Below are positions 1 through 7,543 of a stretch of DNA of 40,236 nt, one piece after another. Under the pieces are notes generated by a model, which saw only the letters and a list, made by a program, of their open reading frames with translations, was not told where the DNA came from and searched no databases. The translations under genes were made by a program, and so were the position numbers. Within the stretch, counting starts at the first letter, position 1. Each line of letters opens with the position of its first letter. The stretch is from a virus (taxonomy: Duplodnaviria; Caudoviricetes): positions 1 to 40,236 of the IMG/VR virus record IMGVR_UViG_3300033067_001247. The stretch is one strand, 5' to 3'.

Positions 1-79
1 AGCAGTGCGAGCAGCCCGAGCAGTCCGAGCAGTCCGAGCAGCCCGAGCAGCGCGAGCAGTCCGAGCAGTCCGAGCAGTT
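1..79. repeat. 9-bp tandem repeat CGAGCAG[C/T][C/G], left part
   Basis: Visible directly: 8 full units at 8-79 plus a partial unit that continues from the right end. Confidence 0.97.
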
Positions 80-193
80 GGTACAATTATCGCAATCGAT
101 GAGGCTATCGAGCGCTTTCTGCGCTGCTTCCGTCGATCCGAAGTATTCCGCGCTGCACTTGTTGCCGCGGTCGTCTTTGAGCCATGTGGTCAT
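1..193 (-). CDS. N-terminal part of the Cys-Ser-x repeat protein (continues across the junction into 40236..39608)
   Basis: ATG at 193, just after the stop of 198..512. Reads MTTWLKDDRGNKCSAEYFGSTEAAQKALDSLIDCDNCTNCSDCSDCSRCSG... and stays open to base 1. Confidence 0.85.
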   Translation of the reverse strand, partial: MTTWLKDDRGNKCSAEYFGSTEAAQKALDSLIDCDNCTNCSDCSDCSRCSGCSDCSDCSGCSHC

Positions 194-197
194 TGGG

Positions 198-512
198 TTA
201 CTCCGTGACGTCGGCGCGAAGCATGCTCGCGGTCTGGTTTTCGATCCCGAGCCGGAACGTCAGCCGCTCGATCAGTTGCTCGCGCGTCAGCGTCAGGTTG
301 CGGCAGCGGTCGATCAGGTCTTGCGTGTCCTGCGCCAGCGCGTCCATGAGGTCGGCGGTGCGCTTCATGGCGCGCGCGGCGCGGTCCTGCGGCGAAAGCG
401 CGGCGTTCTGCACGTCCAGCGCGGCGAGGGCGGCTGCGGACAGCGCGTTGGTGACGCGAATGCTCGCGATCTCGGGGATCATCGGCCGGAACGGCATGAC
501 GCGGGAGTTCAT
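198..512 (-). CDS. Hypothetical helical protein, early-left operon
   Basis: 4-bp overlap with the upstream gene; operon context. Confidence 0.7.
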   Translation of the reverse strand: MNSRVMPFRPMIPEIASIRVTNALSAAALAALDVQNAALSPQDRAARAMKRTADLMDALAQDTQDLIDRCRNLTLTREQLIERLTFRLGIENQTASMLRADVTE

Positions 513-718
513 CGCGACACCGCCGCGAAGGTCTGGCCGAGGGCGATGAAGCCGAAGTCATCAGGCCGCGGGATCGTGAAATCGGCGCTGGCGACGGCCG
601 GCGCTTCCGAGATCGTCTCGATGGCGAGCTGGACTTCGGCGAAGGACTTGCCGGTCACCCGATATGCGGTGCGGGTCCGGTCCTTCGGATCGTGCTGGCT
701 TTCGACGTGGGCAGGCAT
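509..718 (-). CDS. Hypothetical protein, first gene of the early-left operon
   Basis: ATG at 718 with a GGAGGG ribosome-binding site just downstream of PL. Confidence 0.7.
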   Translation of the reverse strand: MPAHVESQHDPKDRTRTAYRVTGKSFAEVQLAIETISEAPAVASADFTIPRPDDFGFIALGQTFAAVSR

Positions 719-741
719 CGGCGTCCCTCCTGGATGGAAGG

Positions 742-792
742 ACGATACACCGAACGGTGTGTAAGTCAACACCGAGAAGTGTATTACGGTGT
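742..792 (-). promoter_or_regulatory. PL promoter with OL operators
   Basis: TTGACT(769-764)-16 bp-TATCGT(747-742). Operators ACACCGAACGGTGT (747-760) and ACACCGAGAAGTGT (769-782), plus a half-site ending at 792. Confidence 0.75.
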
Positions 793-1050
793 GGACGGTT
801 TCCGCAGCTTTGCGATCAGCCAGACGGCTAGGCCGCCGATAGTGATTCGCGACATTGCCCCGAGCGCGAGCAGGCCGGCCGGGGAGGCGGATTGCAGGAA
901 GGCCGCGAAAGTGGCGGTTTCGACGATCGCGATGCCGGCGATGGTCAAGAACGCCGGCCAGGGCGCGCGGATCAGCAACAATGCGATGCCGGCTGGGACG
1001 ATGAAAAACGGGTCGAGGAGGGCGCCAAGCAGGAGTCCGACGGCCAACAT
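784..1050 (-). CDS. Small multi-pass membrane protein downstream of the repressor (candidate superinfection exclusion)
   Basis: About 3 hydrophobic segments; starts 5 bp after the cI stop. Confidence 0.65.
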   Translation of the reverse strand: MLAVGLLLGALLDPFFIVPAGIALLLIRAPWPAFLTIAGIAIVETATFAAFLQSASPAGLLALGAMSRITIGGLAVWLIAKLRKPSTP

Positions 1051-1054
1051 AGCG

Positions 1055-1717
1055 CTAGCGAGAGTAGGTGCCGACGACGACGTGAACGACGGGCCATTCG
1101 GCCTTCTTTAGCCGGAACGTCCGAACTTCGGGCTGGTAGCGGCGCAAGATCCATTCGTTTGCGGTCTGGCCGACGTATTCCTTGATCGTCGCCTTGACCT
1201 CGCCGACGACCTCGCCGCCGTAGAGAATGATCCCGTCCTCGGGGCGGGGCGAAAGATGCGGATTTACAAGGACAATCTGGCCGGAGCGGTACACGGGGAC
1301 CATGGAATCGCCGGTGACGATGAGCCCGTAACCACCTCGGACGGATGCCAGCGGCGTGCCGCGGTGCTTCCAGTCGACCGGCTCCACAGTCACGATAACC
1401 GTGCCCTCCCCACCTTGCGCCGCTGCGTAAATAGGCAGATCGGCGTCGGCCCTAGAAAGATTGTTCTGAGACGCGCGATCAGCGTCTAGGGAGTATGACG
1501 AATCGTGGTTATCGAGGCGTTGTAGGTCGGGGTCCAATTCCTTCAAATCCATGCCCAGGCGCGCGGCGATGCGCGGGAAGTAGCTGGATTTTTTCGTAAT
1601 ACCGCGCTCGATCTTGTCGATGGTCTGCTGCTTGGTGCCGACATCGGTCGCCAGCTCGGCCTGTTCCATCCCGAGTTCCTTGCGGCGCGCTTTGATCTTT
1701 TGCCCTGCGGTACTCAT
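1055..1717 (-). CDS. cI: CI-like repressor (XRE HTH plus S24 peptidase)
   Basis: HTH (MEQAELATDVGTKQQTIDKIERG), catalytic GDSM and TIKE motifs; divergent from a cro-like gene. Confidence 0.92.
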   Translation of the reverse strand: MSTAGQKIKARRKELGMEQAELATDVGTKQQTIDKIERGITKKSSYFPRIAARLGMDLKELDPDLQRLDNHDSSYSLDADRASQNNLSRADADLPIYAAAQGGEGTVIVTVEPVDWKHRGTPLASVRGGYGLIVTGDSMVPVYRSGQIVLVNPHLSPRPEDGIILYGGEVVGEVKATIKEYVGQTANEWILRRYQPEVRTFRLKKAEWPVVHVVVGTYSR

Positions 1718-1730
1718 TGCGCAAGTGCTT

Positions 1731-1805
1731 ACACCGCGCGGTGTTTAGTTACTAACACCGATTTCAACACCGATTGGTTGATTTGCACACTAATCGGTGT
1801 ATTGT
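1731..1805. promoter_or_regulatory. OR operators and PR promoter
   Basis: ACACCGCGCGGTGT (1731-1744), ACACCG half-sites at 1755 and 1767, ACACTAATCGGTGT (1787-1800). PR is TTGATT(1778-1783)-16 bp-TATTGT(1800-1805). Confidence 0.75.
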
Positions 1806-1813
1806 CCGCGCTC

Positions 1814-2101
1814 ATGGGCAATACGACCGTTCGACCGACCGAGGAAGAAGTCCGCGATTTACTGCGGGAAGCGACCGACCTGTTCAAAGGGAACGAGTCG
1901 GCGCTCGCATCGGCGTGTGGGCGGAGCCAGAATGCGATCTGGCAGGCGAAGCAGCGCGGCTCAGTCACGCCCGAACTCGCGATCGACATTCACCGTGCAA
2001 CCGACGGCAAGGTGCCGGGCAATAAATTCTGCCCGCATATCTGGACCGCGCCGGAGCACGTGCCAGCGCACGCGCAGCCGGAAGCGCAGGACGTACAATG
2101 A
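1814..2101 (+). CDS. cro: Cro/YdaS-like HTH regulator
   Basis: ESALASACGRSQNAIWQ HTH and a AIDIHRATDGKV...CP tail typical of Cro/YdaS; divergent from cI. Confidence 0.8.
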   Translation: MGNTTVRPTEEEVRDLLREATDLFKGNESALASACGRSQNAIWQAKQRGSVTPELAIDIHRATDGKVPGNKFCPHIWTAPEHVPAHAQPEAQDVQ

Positions 2102-2108
2102 GAATCCA

Positions 2109-2130
2109 GATCATTTCACGTGAAATGATC
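2109..2130. repeat. Perfect 22-bp palindrome GATCATTTCACGTGAAATGATC
   Basis: Self-complementary, immediately downstream of cro. Confidence 0.9.
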
Positions 2131-2192
2131 GTGATGCAGGTGCCGACATCGCGTGGTGCCATGGCTGCGTCCGGACGGAAAGGGAAGTCCTG

Positions 2193-2429
2193 ATGTCGGC
2201 ATGGCAGCCCATGATCCTCGCGTTCGCGGCGATCATCGCCGGAGCGATTGAGTTCGCGCTGCTACTCCGGCTGCTGCGCAAATATATCGATCCGATGGAA
2301 GACACCCTCGATGCGTTCTTTTCGCGCGCGTCACTTGAGGACGCTTGGCGCGTTCAATCTCACACGCTTACGGCACTGTTCCTTTTCGTGCTCGCGAGCG
2401 CCCTAATTTACTTACCGCGGCGGACCTGA
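2193..2429 (+). CDS. Small two-TM membrane protein
   Basis: Two hydrophobic stretches; AAGGGAAG upstream. Confidence 0.6.
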   Translation: MSAWQPMILAFAAIIAGAIEFALLLRLLRKYIDPMEDTLDAFFSRASLEDAWRVQSHTLTALFLFVLASALIYLPRRT

Positions 2430-2446
2430 TCACTCGGAGGACTGAC

Positions 2447-3139
2447 ATGGCAGACGAAGGCAGAGAGACGACGAACTTCGCGAAGTCGCAGTTGCGTGCG
2501 CTGGTCGAGCGGATCGAGCGTCTCGAAGAAGAAAAGAAGGCGCTCGCCGACGATATTCGCGAAGTGTACGGCGAAGCCAAAGCCAACGGCTTCGATACCA
2601 AGGCGCTGCGCGCAGTGGTCAAGATGCGCGGGCAGGATGCCGCCGAACGCGCAGAGTTCGAGGCCGTGGTCGAGTTGTACCGCGACGCGCTCGGCATGGG
2701 TGGCTACGTCGAAACCGATCTCGGGCAGTCCGCAGTTCGCGCCGGCATGAAGGACCCGAAGGTCCGCAAGGCCGCGAAAAACCTCACCAAGACGCTCGGC
2801 AAGCCTGTCGAACCGACCGACAAAGAAAAGGCGCGCGGCGCAACCGTTGTTGCCTTCGAGAAGGACGGCGTGCGCACCTCCATCGCGGTCGGCGACCCCA
2901 AAGGTGCTGTCGATCGAGCGGAGGCATCGGCATCGGAACGAGACCGCGTTCGACAGAACCAGGACGAAGCCGCGGCTGATATCATGGCGCCGCCGCGACC
3001 GCCGCATCCTTCGGTTGCCAATCCTCCGTTCGCGATCACGGCACCGAATCCCGGCGACGAAATGCCGGACATTCCGGAAAACCTTCGGCGCGTGCGCGAG
3101 CCCGAAATGATCGAACCCCGCGTGGCGGCGGCGGAGTAG
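2447..3139 (+). CDS. gapR: GapR/DUF2312-family nucleoid-associated protein with C-terminal extension
   Basis: [41 protein letters not shown]...LYRDALGM; GGAGG RBS before ATG 2447. Confidence 0.88.
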   Translation: MADEGRETTNFAKSQLRALVERIERLEEEKKALADDIREVYGEAKANGFDTKALRAVVKMRGQDAAERAEFEAVVELYRDALGMGGYVETDLGQSAVRAGMKDPKVRKAAKNLTKTLGKPVEPTDKEKARGATVVAFEKDGVRTSIAVGDPKGAVDRAEASASERDRVRQNQDEAAADIMAPPRPPHPSVANPPFAITAPNPGDEMPDIPENLRRVREPEMIEPRVAAAE

Positions 3140-3144
3140 CGCGC

Positions 3145-3390
3145 ATGAGCTACGTCGCCCGCCGCGGCCCGGCACTCAGCGAGAAGCAGCGCGCAATCCT
3201 TTCCGATGCGCCGCTGTCTCGCGAACCGAACAGCGTTGTGTGGACCGGTCGTCGAGGCCGCTACTTCGGCGACAGCATTCACCGGCTCATCAACCGCAAG
3301 ATGCTCGCCGTCGATCTCGAAGCGGATCGCTTCGCGCGAAAGGTCGTCATCACCGATGAGGGGCGGCAAGCGCTGCTGCAATCGCCATGA
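3145..3390 (+). CDS. Hypothetical protein (winged-helix-like)
   Basis: LSEKQRAIL...ITDEGRQAL pattern; operon packing. Confidence 0.6.
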   Translation: MSYVARRGPALSEKQRAILSDAPLSREPNSVVWTGRRGRYFGDSIHRLINRKMLAVDLEADRFARKVVITDEGRQALLQSP

Positions 3391-3485
3391 CGCGCGCGAT
3401 GGCACTCGCTTTGACTGACGCCGGATACATAACGGTCGCGGAGTTTCTGCGGCTCGATGCGGAAAACAATTGGCTTGCCGAATAA
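3387..3485 (+). CDS. Small hypothetical protein (32 aa)
   Basis: ATGA overlap; fills the gap; MTRAMALALTDAGYITVAEFLRL... Confidence 0.4.
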   Translation: MTRAMALALTDAGYITVAEFLRLDAENNWLAE

Positions 3486-3496
3486 CGGGGTGAACG

Positions 3497-3820
3497 GTGG
3501 GAAAATTCTCTCGCGACAAAGGCGGACGTGGCGAACGTCTCGTCGTCGCCAAGATGAACGAGCACGGCTTCGACGCGCAGCGGGTGCCGCTTTCCGGTGC
3601 GGCACTCGGGCAATTCGCTGGCGACATCGCTGTCAGCGTATGCCGTGAGAACTGGCGTGGCGAGGTCAAGCTGCGCGCGAAAGGCTTCGGCCAGATTTAC
3701 GGCTGGCTCGCCGATCATCAATTCCTCGTCGTGAAAGCCGACCGGCAGGATCCGCTCGTCGTCATGCGGCTTTCCGACGCCGCACGCATCGGCGCGATTG
3801 CGCAGAAGGCGGGGAAGTGA
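3497..3820 (+). CDS. Holliday junction resolvase (Hjc-like PD-(D/E)xK)
   Basis: SRDKGGRGER...RVPLSGA...GDI...EVK motifs. Confidence 0.8.
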   Translation: MGKFSRDKGGRGERLVVAKMNEHGFDAQRVPLSGAALGQFAGDIAVSVCRENWRGEVKLRAKGFGQIYGWLADHQFLVVKADRQDPLVVMRLSDAARIGAIAQKAGK

Positions 3821-4401
3821 TGGCCGCCCTGCAGGCACTCCAAGGGCGGGCACCACTCGCTGAACGGAAGGACGATCTCTATGAGACGCATCCGGCCGCG
3901 GTGCGCGCGCTGATGAAGGCTGCCGAGCTGCCGAGTTTCATCTGGGAACCTGCCTGCGGGCCGGGAGCGATCGTGCGCACGTTGCGCGAAGGCGGGCACA
4001 CGGTATGGGCGACAGATCTCGCTGATTATGGATGTCCGCTCAGCGAAAGCGGCGTTGACTTCCTGCTTGAGCGGCAGACCCGCGTGGACGTCGAGGCCAT
4101 CGTCACGAACCCGCCCTTCAAATTGGCCGGGGAGTTCGTCGAGCACGCGCTACACCTGTGCCCACGCGTGTTCATGCTGCTGCGGCTCGCTTTCATGGAG
4201 AGTGAGAGGCGGACTGGAATCCTCGATACCGGAAAATTGGCTCGTGTTTACGTCTTTCGCAATCGCCTGCCGATGATGCACCGCGACGGATGGACGGGAA
4301 ACAAGGTCAGCAATGCGACCGCCTTTGCCTGGTTCGAGTGGAACCGCGCGCATAGTGGACCGACCGAGCTACGGCGTATTTCGTGGGAGCGCGAGCAATG
4401 A
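3817..4401 (+). CDS. DNA N6-adenine methyltransferase
   Basis: IWEPACGPG SAM-binding motif and TNPPF catalytic motif. Confidence 0.85.
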   Translation: MMAALQALQGRAPLAERKDDLYETHPAAVRALMKAAELPSFIWEPACGPGAIVRTLREGGHTVWATDLADYGCPLSESGVDFLLERQTRVDVEAIVTNPPFKLAGEFVEHALHLCPRVFMLLRLAFMESERRTGILDTGKLARVYVFRNRLPMMHRDGWTGNKVSNATAFAWFEWNRAHSGPTELRRISWEREQ

Positions 4402-4667
4402 CCCGCACCATCGTCCCCGCGGTCAGCGATCATGCCATGTTGCGCTACTTCGAGCGGTTTTACGAACTCGACATTGACGCATTGAAGCGCGAGATCATGC
4501 CGCCGGAAATCGCGGCGCAGATTGCAGCCGGCGCTGTCACAGTAAATGTGCGCGGGCACAAAGCCCCGGTCGAGAACGGCGTCATCAAGACGATCCTGCC
4601 GAAAGAGGGGGAGATCAAGCCGAGGCACCACGCCGCGCGGCACGACCGAAAGGTGGTGACGAAGTGA
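4398..4667 (+). CDS. Hypothetical protein (SDHAxxRYxER motif)
   Basis: 4-bp overlaps on both sides; motif common in phage early genes. Confidence 0.65.
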   Translation: MTRTIVPAVSDHAMLRYFERFYELDIDALKREIMPPEIAAQIAAGAVTVNVRGHKAPVENGVIKTILPKEGEIKPRHHAARHDRKVVTK

Positions 4668-5479
4668 GCCGGTGGTGGCGCGCATATGACGATGCCGTCA
4701 ACAATCCGAAGCTGCAGCGGCTTCCGGCCACGCTTTTCAAGGCGTGGTTCAACCTCTGCTGCCTCACTTCGAAGAACAACGGCGAGCTTCCGGCGCTCAA
4801 AGACGTCGCTTTTTCTCTGCGAGTTAGCGAGCAAAAGGCCGCAGAAATTATCGATGCGCTTGTCGATGCGAAGATGCTCGACCGCGACGGCGACACCGTT
4901 AAGCCCCACGACTGGCAGCATTATCAGTACCAATCCGACAGCTCGACTGAACGGGTTCGGCGTTTCCGACAAGGCAAAGGAAACGTTTCAAGAAACGTTT
5001 CAGTAACGCCACAGAACAGAACAGAGACAGATACAGAGCAGAACAGAACAGAAGATAGGGCGGCTGACGCCGCACCGCGCGCCAAAGCGAAGCGGGCCTG
5101 TTCGTTCCCTGACGATTTTACGCTCAACGACGAGCGACGGGCGGTGGCTCTCCGGCATGGAATCCCGGAAGCCCGCGTGGCTGGCGTCTTTGAGCACTTC
5201 CGCGACGACCGCGTCATGAAGGGCAAGACCTTCAAGGATTGGGATGCGGCGTGGCGCACTTGGTGCCGCAACGATGAAAAATTTGGAGGCCACAATGGCA
5301 ACGGACCTGGCGCGGGCAGCGCCGCAGGGAATGCGAACCGTCGATCAACGGGCGCGGATGCCGTCATTGCCGGATTCGGCAAGGTCGCTGATCGGCGCGC
5401 TGGGCGAAGTGACGATCGACGGCAGGACAGCGAAATACCTCCCGGCCGGTATGAGCTTGACCTCGGCGCAACGCGCTGA
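4664..5479 (+). CDS. Replication initiator (lambda O-like/DnaD-type)
   Basis: N-terminal WWRAYDD...W..YQ..SD.STERVRRFR, internal iterons, C-terminal KDWDAAWRTW. Confidence 0.8.
   Translation: MSRWWRAYDDAVNNPKLQRLPATLFKAWFNLCCLTSKNNGELPALKDVAFSLRVSEQKAAEIIDALVDAKMLDRDGDTVKPHDWQHYQYQSDSSTERVRRFRQGKGNVSRNVSVTPQNRTETDTEQNRTEDRAADAAPRAKAKRACSFPDDFTLNDERRAVALRHGIPEARVAGVFEHFRDDRVMKGKTFKDWDAAWRTWCRNDEKFGGHNGNGPGAGSAAGNANRRSTGADAVIAGFGKVADRRAGRSDDRRQDSEIPPGRYELDLGATR
4980..5052. promoter_or_regulatory. Putative replication origin iterons
   Basis: GAAACGTTTCA twice (4980, 4992), followed by an ACAGA purine-rich repeat tract, inside the initiator gene. Confidence 0.6.
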
Positions 5480-6011
5480 GTTCGAGCGGCTCGTTCAGTC
5501 GATCACAAAGCATCTCGACGGTGCCGGCCAGACAGCGGCGCGGCTCGCGCACCTTGCGAAGTTCGTCGCAAGCTTCGGCAATCGCGGCGGTTCCGAACTC
5601 GACCGGGAGGCGCAGGGCGAGGCGTTCGAGGACGCGCTGGATGACATCCCGGCATGGGTGGTCGCCGAAACGATCCGCAAGTGGCATCGCGCCGAAATCG
5701 GCCAGATCAACGGGCAGGCCGTGAACCTGAACTTCCAGCCGACACCGCCGATATTCCGGCTTGCTTGCCTGAAGATGCTGCGCCCGCATTTCGAAGATCT
5801 CGCGCGACTGCGTGAGTTGCTCGAAGCGAAGCCGCTCACGGAAGCTATCCGCAAAGTCGAGCCGAAGGTGGTTGAGGGCTTTGCAACCCTATCGAAATCG
5901 CTGGGAAACTTCGTTGATCCGCGCCGCCAGCCCAATCCTGCGGTAGCGGAGATCGCGGCGGCATCCCGCGCGCGTCATGCTGCCGAACCGGAGGCGCCGG
6001 CCGATGTCTAA
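5295..6011 (+). CDS. Putative helicase loader/replication partner (P-like position)
   Basis: GGAGG RBS and ATG at 5295; ALDDIPAWVV...W...F.PTPP motif. Confidence 0.6.
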   Translation: MATDLARAAPQGMRTVDQRARMPSLPDSARSLIGALGEVTIDGRTAKYLPAGMSLTSAQRAEFERLVQSITKHLDGAGQTAARLAHLAKFVASFGNRGGSELDREAQGEAFEDALDDIPAWVVAETIRKWHRAEIGQINGQAVNLNFQPTPPIFRLACLKMLRPHFEDLARLRELLEAKPLTEAIRKVEPKVVEGFATLSKSLGNFVDPRRQPNPAVAEIAAASRARHAAEPEAPADV

Positions 6012-6231
6012 ACTTCCCGAAGCAACCCGCGCGCGGCACAAGCGCAATCTCCAAAAGCAGCGCCAGATCAACGCCGAGTTGCGCGCCGCTGCGGCGTGCG
6101 AGGCCGAAAGAGCGAAGCCGTTCATTCAGGCAGACGGGAAGCGGCGCGAACCTTACGTTCCAGATGCGAGACCAGCAGCGATTGTAGGAACCGATCTGCT
6201 GCTCGCTCGGCTGCAAGCGGGGCGGCGATAG
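6004..6231 (+). CDS. Hypothetical protein
   Basis: Tight operon packing. Confidence 0.55.
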   Translation: MSKLPEATRARHKRNLQKQRQINAELRAAAACEAERAKPFIQADGKRREPYVPDARPAAIVGTDLLLARLQAGRR

Positions 6232-6720
6232 ATGCAGCCTGAACCGCTCGCGATCGGTGACAGCTACGACGACTTGATCCGGGCGTTGCGGGAGCGGGCG
6301 TCTGCGCTCGGCATGACGGATAAGATCATCGAGGAGATTGGCGGTTTCACCGGCGGGCATGTCGGCAAGTTGCTCGGTGCGAAGCGGACCAAGAGCCTCG
6401 GCGGGCTTTCCTTCGGCATGATGCTGGGCGCGCTGGGGCTGAAATTCGCGATCATTGAGGACGAGGAAGCCACGGCACGAATCAAGCGGCGGTTCGATCA
6501 CAGCGTGAAATCGAAGCGTGAACTCACCATGGTGAGTTGGACCATAACGCCGGAATTGGCAGCGCATGTTTTTTCCGATCACTTGGCGCGAATCTCGCGC
6601 CTAGGTGTTCAGGCTCGCATGAAAAAAATGACACCGCGGCAGCGTCGCATCATAGCGCGGAAAGCGGGGCGGGCGAGTGGGCGGGCGCGGCGCAACAAAC
6701 CCAGCATGGGATGTTTCTGA
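6232..6720 (+). CDS. HTH-like protein with basic tail (candidate late regulator)
   Basis: LRERASALGMTDKIIEEIGGFTGGHVGKLL resembles an XRE-type HTH; near the end of the early-right operon. Confidence 0.6.
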   Translation: MQPEPLAIGDSYDDLIRALRERASALGMTDKIIEEIGGFTGGHVGKLLGAKRTKSLGGLSFGMMLGALGLKFAIIEDEEATARIKRRFDHSVKSKRELTMVSWTITPELAAHVFSDHLARISRLGVQARMKKMTPRQRRIIARKAGRASGRARRNKPSMGCF

Positions 6721-7136
6721 TGAGCCTCGGACGCCGCGCCTTTCTGCGTGTTGCTGCGCTGTCACCGCTCGCCGCGAAGAAAGCGGCGGAAACAACGGCC
6801 GCGGAGTTATCCGGCACCATCACCGCCGGGCATGGCAACTGGCATGGATTAGGTGGCGGTACGCCGAACAATGGGCCCGCGGTCTCTAAGGAGTCCTGGC
6901 GGCAACTGCTGTCGAACGCTGCGCATCGTGCGGACGCCGAAAGCGTGATCTTCGAGGACGAGCGCAAGGTCGGCTTCATCGATCCCGACATCGCGTGCGC
7001 AAGATCGTATTCACTCAACGCCAAGATCGCGTACCAGCGGCAACGCAATGTCGAGCTCCGCCTCCAGCAGCTTCAGAACGAGTGGCCGTGGCAGAAGCTC
7101 GAAGGCATCGGCCGTCGGATCATGAAGGCGATCTAG
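6720..7136 (+). CDS. Protein with a twin-arginine-like N-terminus
   Basis: MSLGRRAFLRVAALSPLAA; TGATG overlap. Confidence 0.65.
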   Translation: MSLGRRAFLRVAALSPLAAKKAAETTAAELSGTITAGHGNWHGLGGGTPNNGPAVSKESWRQLLSNAAHRADAESVIFEDERKVGFIDPDIACARSYSLNAKIAYQRQRNVELRLQQLQNEWPWQKLEGIGRRIMKAI

Positions 7137-7375
7137 CGCAGCGGCCGGCCGTTCTGCACCAGTGGGCGCCAATCCGGCCTGACATCGGGCTCGGCACGGC
7201 CGCACTTCGTGCAGCGCAACCGACGCGCGATATCGGTATAGGTCATCTCGCCGGGCCAGTGATCAGCATTCATTTCCGCCGAATGCCCGCAGAAGCAATA
7301 GATTAGGATGCCGCGGCAGCCGTTGTCGCGCATGTTCTGGATCGCAACTTTCTGGACACGGCGACGAGGCATCAC
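7133..7375 (-). CDS. Zinc-ribbon protein
   Basis: NMRDNG...CFCGH...LRCTKCG...VRPDW, a pattern recalled from small rhizobial Zn-ribbon proteins. Confidence 0.7.
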   Translation of the reverse strand: MMPRRRVQKVAIQNMRDNGCRGILIYCFCGHSAEMNADHWPGEMTYTDIARRLRCTKCGRAEPDVRPDWRPLVQNGRPLR

Positions 7376-7536
7376 TTCGGCCAGATAATCAGGGACAGGC
7401 CGACCAGCGAGAAGAAAACGACCATGCCACCGACCACGATATGTCCGCCAAGGTCGAGCCGGTGGAAGTTGAGTGCATACCCAGCGATCGCGACGAGCGG
7501 CAGGGCGTAGTAGGAGGGGTGAGCGCGGCGGAACAT
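7372..7536 (-). CDS. Small two-TM membrane protein (54 aa, below the ORF-track cutoff)
   Basis: MFRRAHPSYYALPLVAIAGYALNFHRLDLGGHIVVGGMVVFFSLVGLSLIIWPK; fills the gap with a GTGA overlap. Confidence 0.6.
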   Translation of the reverse strand: MFRRAHPSYYALPLVAIAGYALNFHRLDLGGHIVVGGMVVFFSLVGLSLIIWPK

Positions 7537-7543
7537 GCCGGGA

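Noticed and set aside
5-208. Plus-strand RAARAV ORF
   Set aside because: Antisense shadow of the Cys-repeat gene, opposite to the operon direction.
3817-4401. Restriction-modification system
   Set aside because: The neighbouring nuclease looks like a Holliday junction resolvase; orphan MTases are routine in phages.
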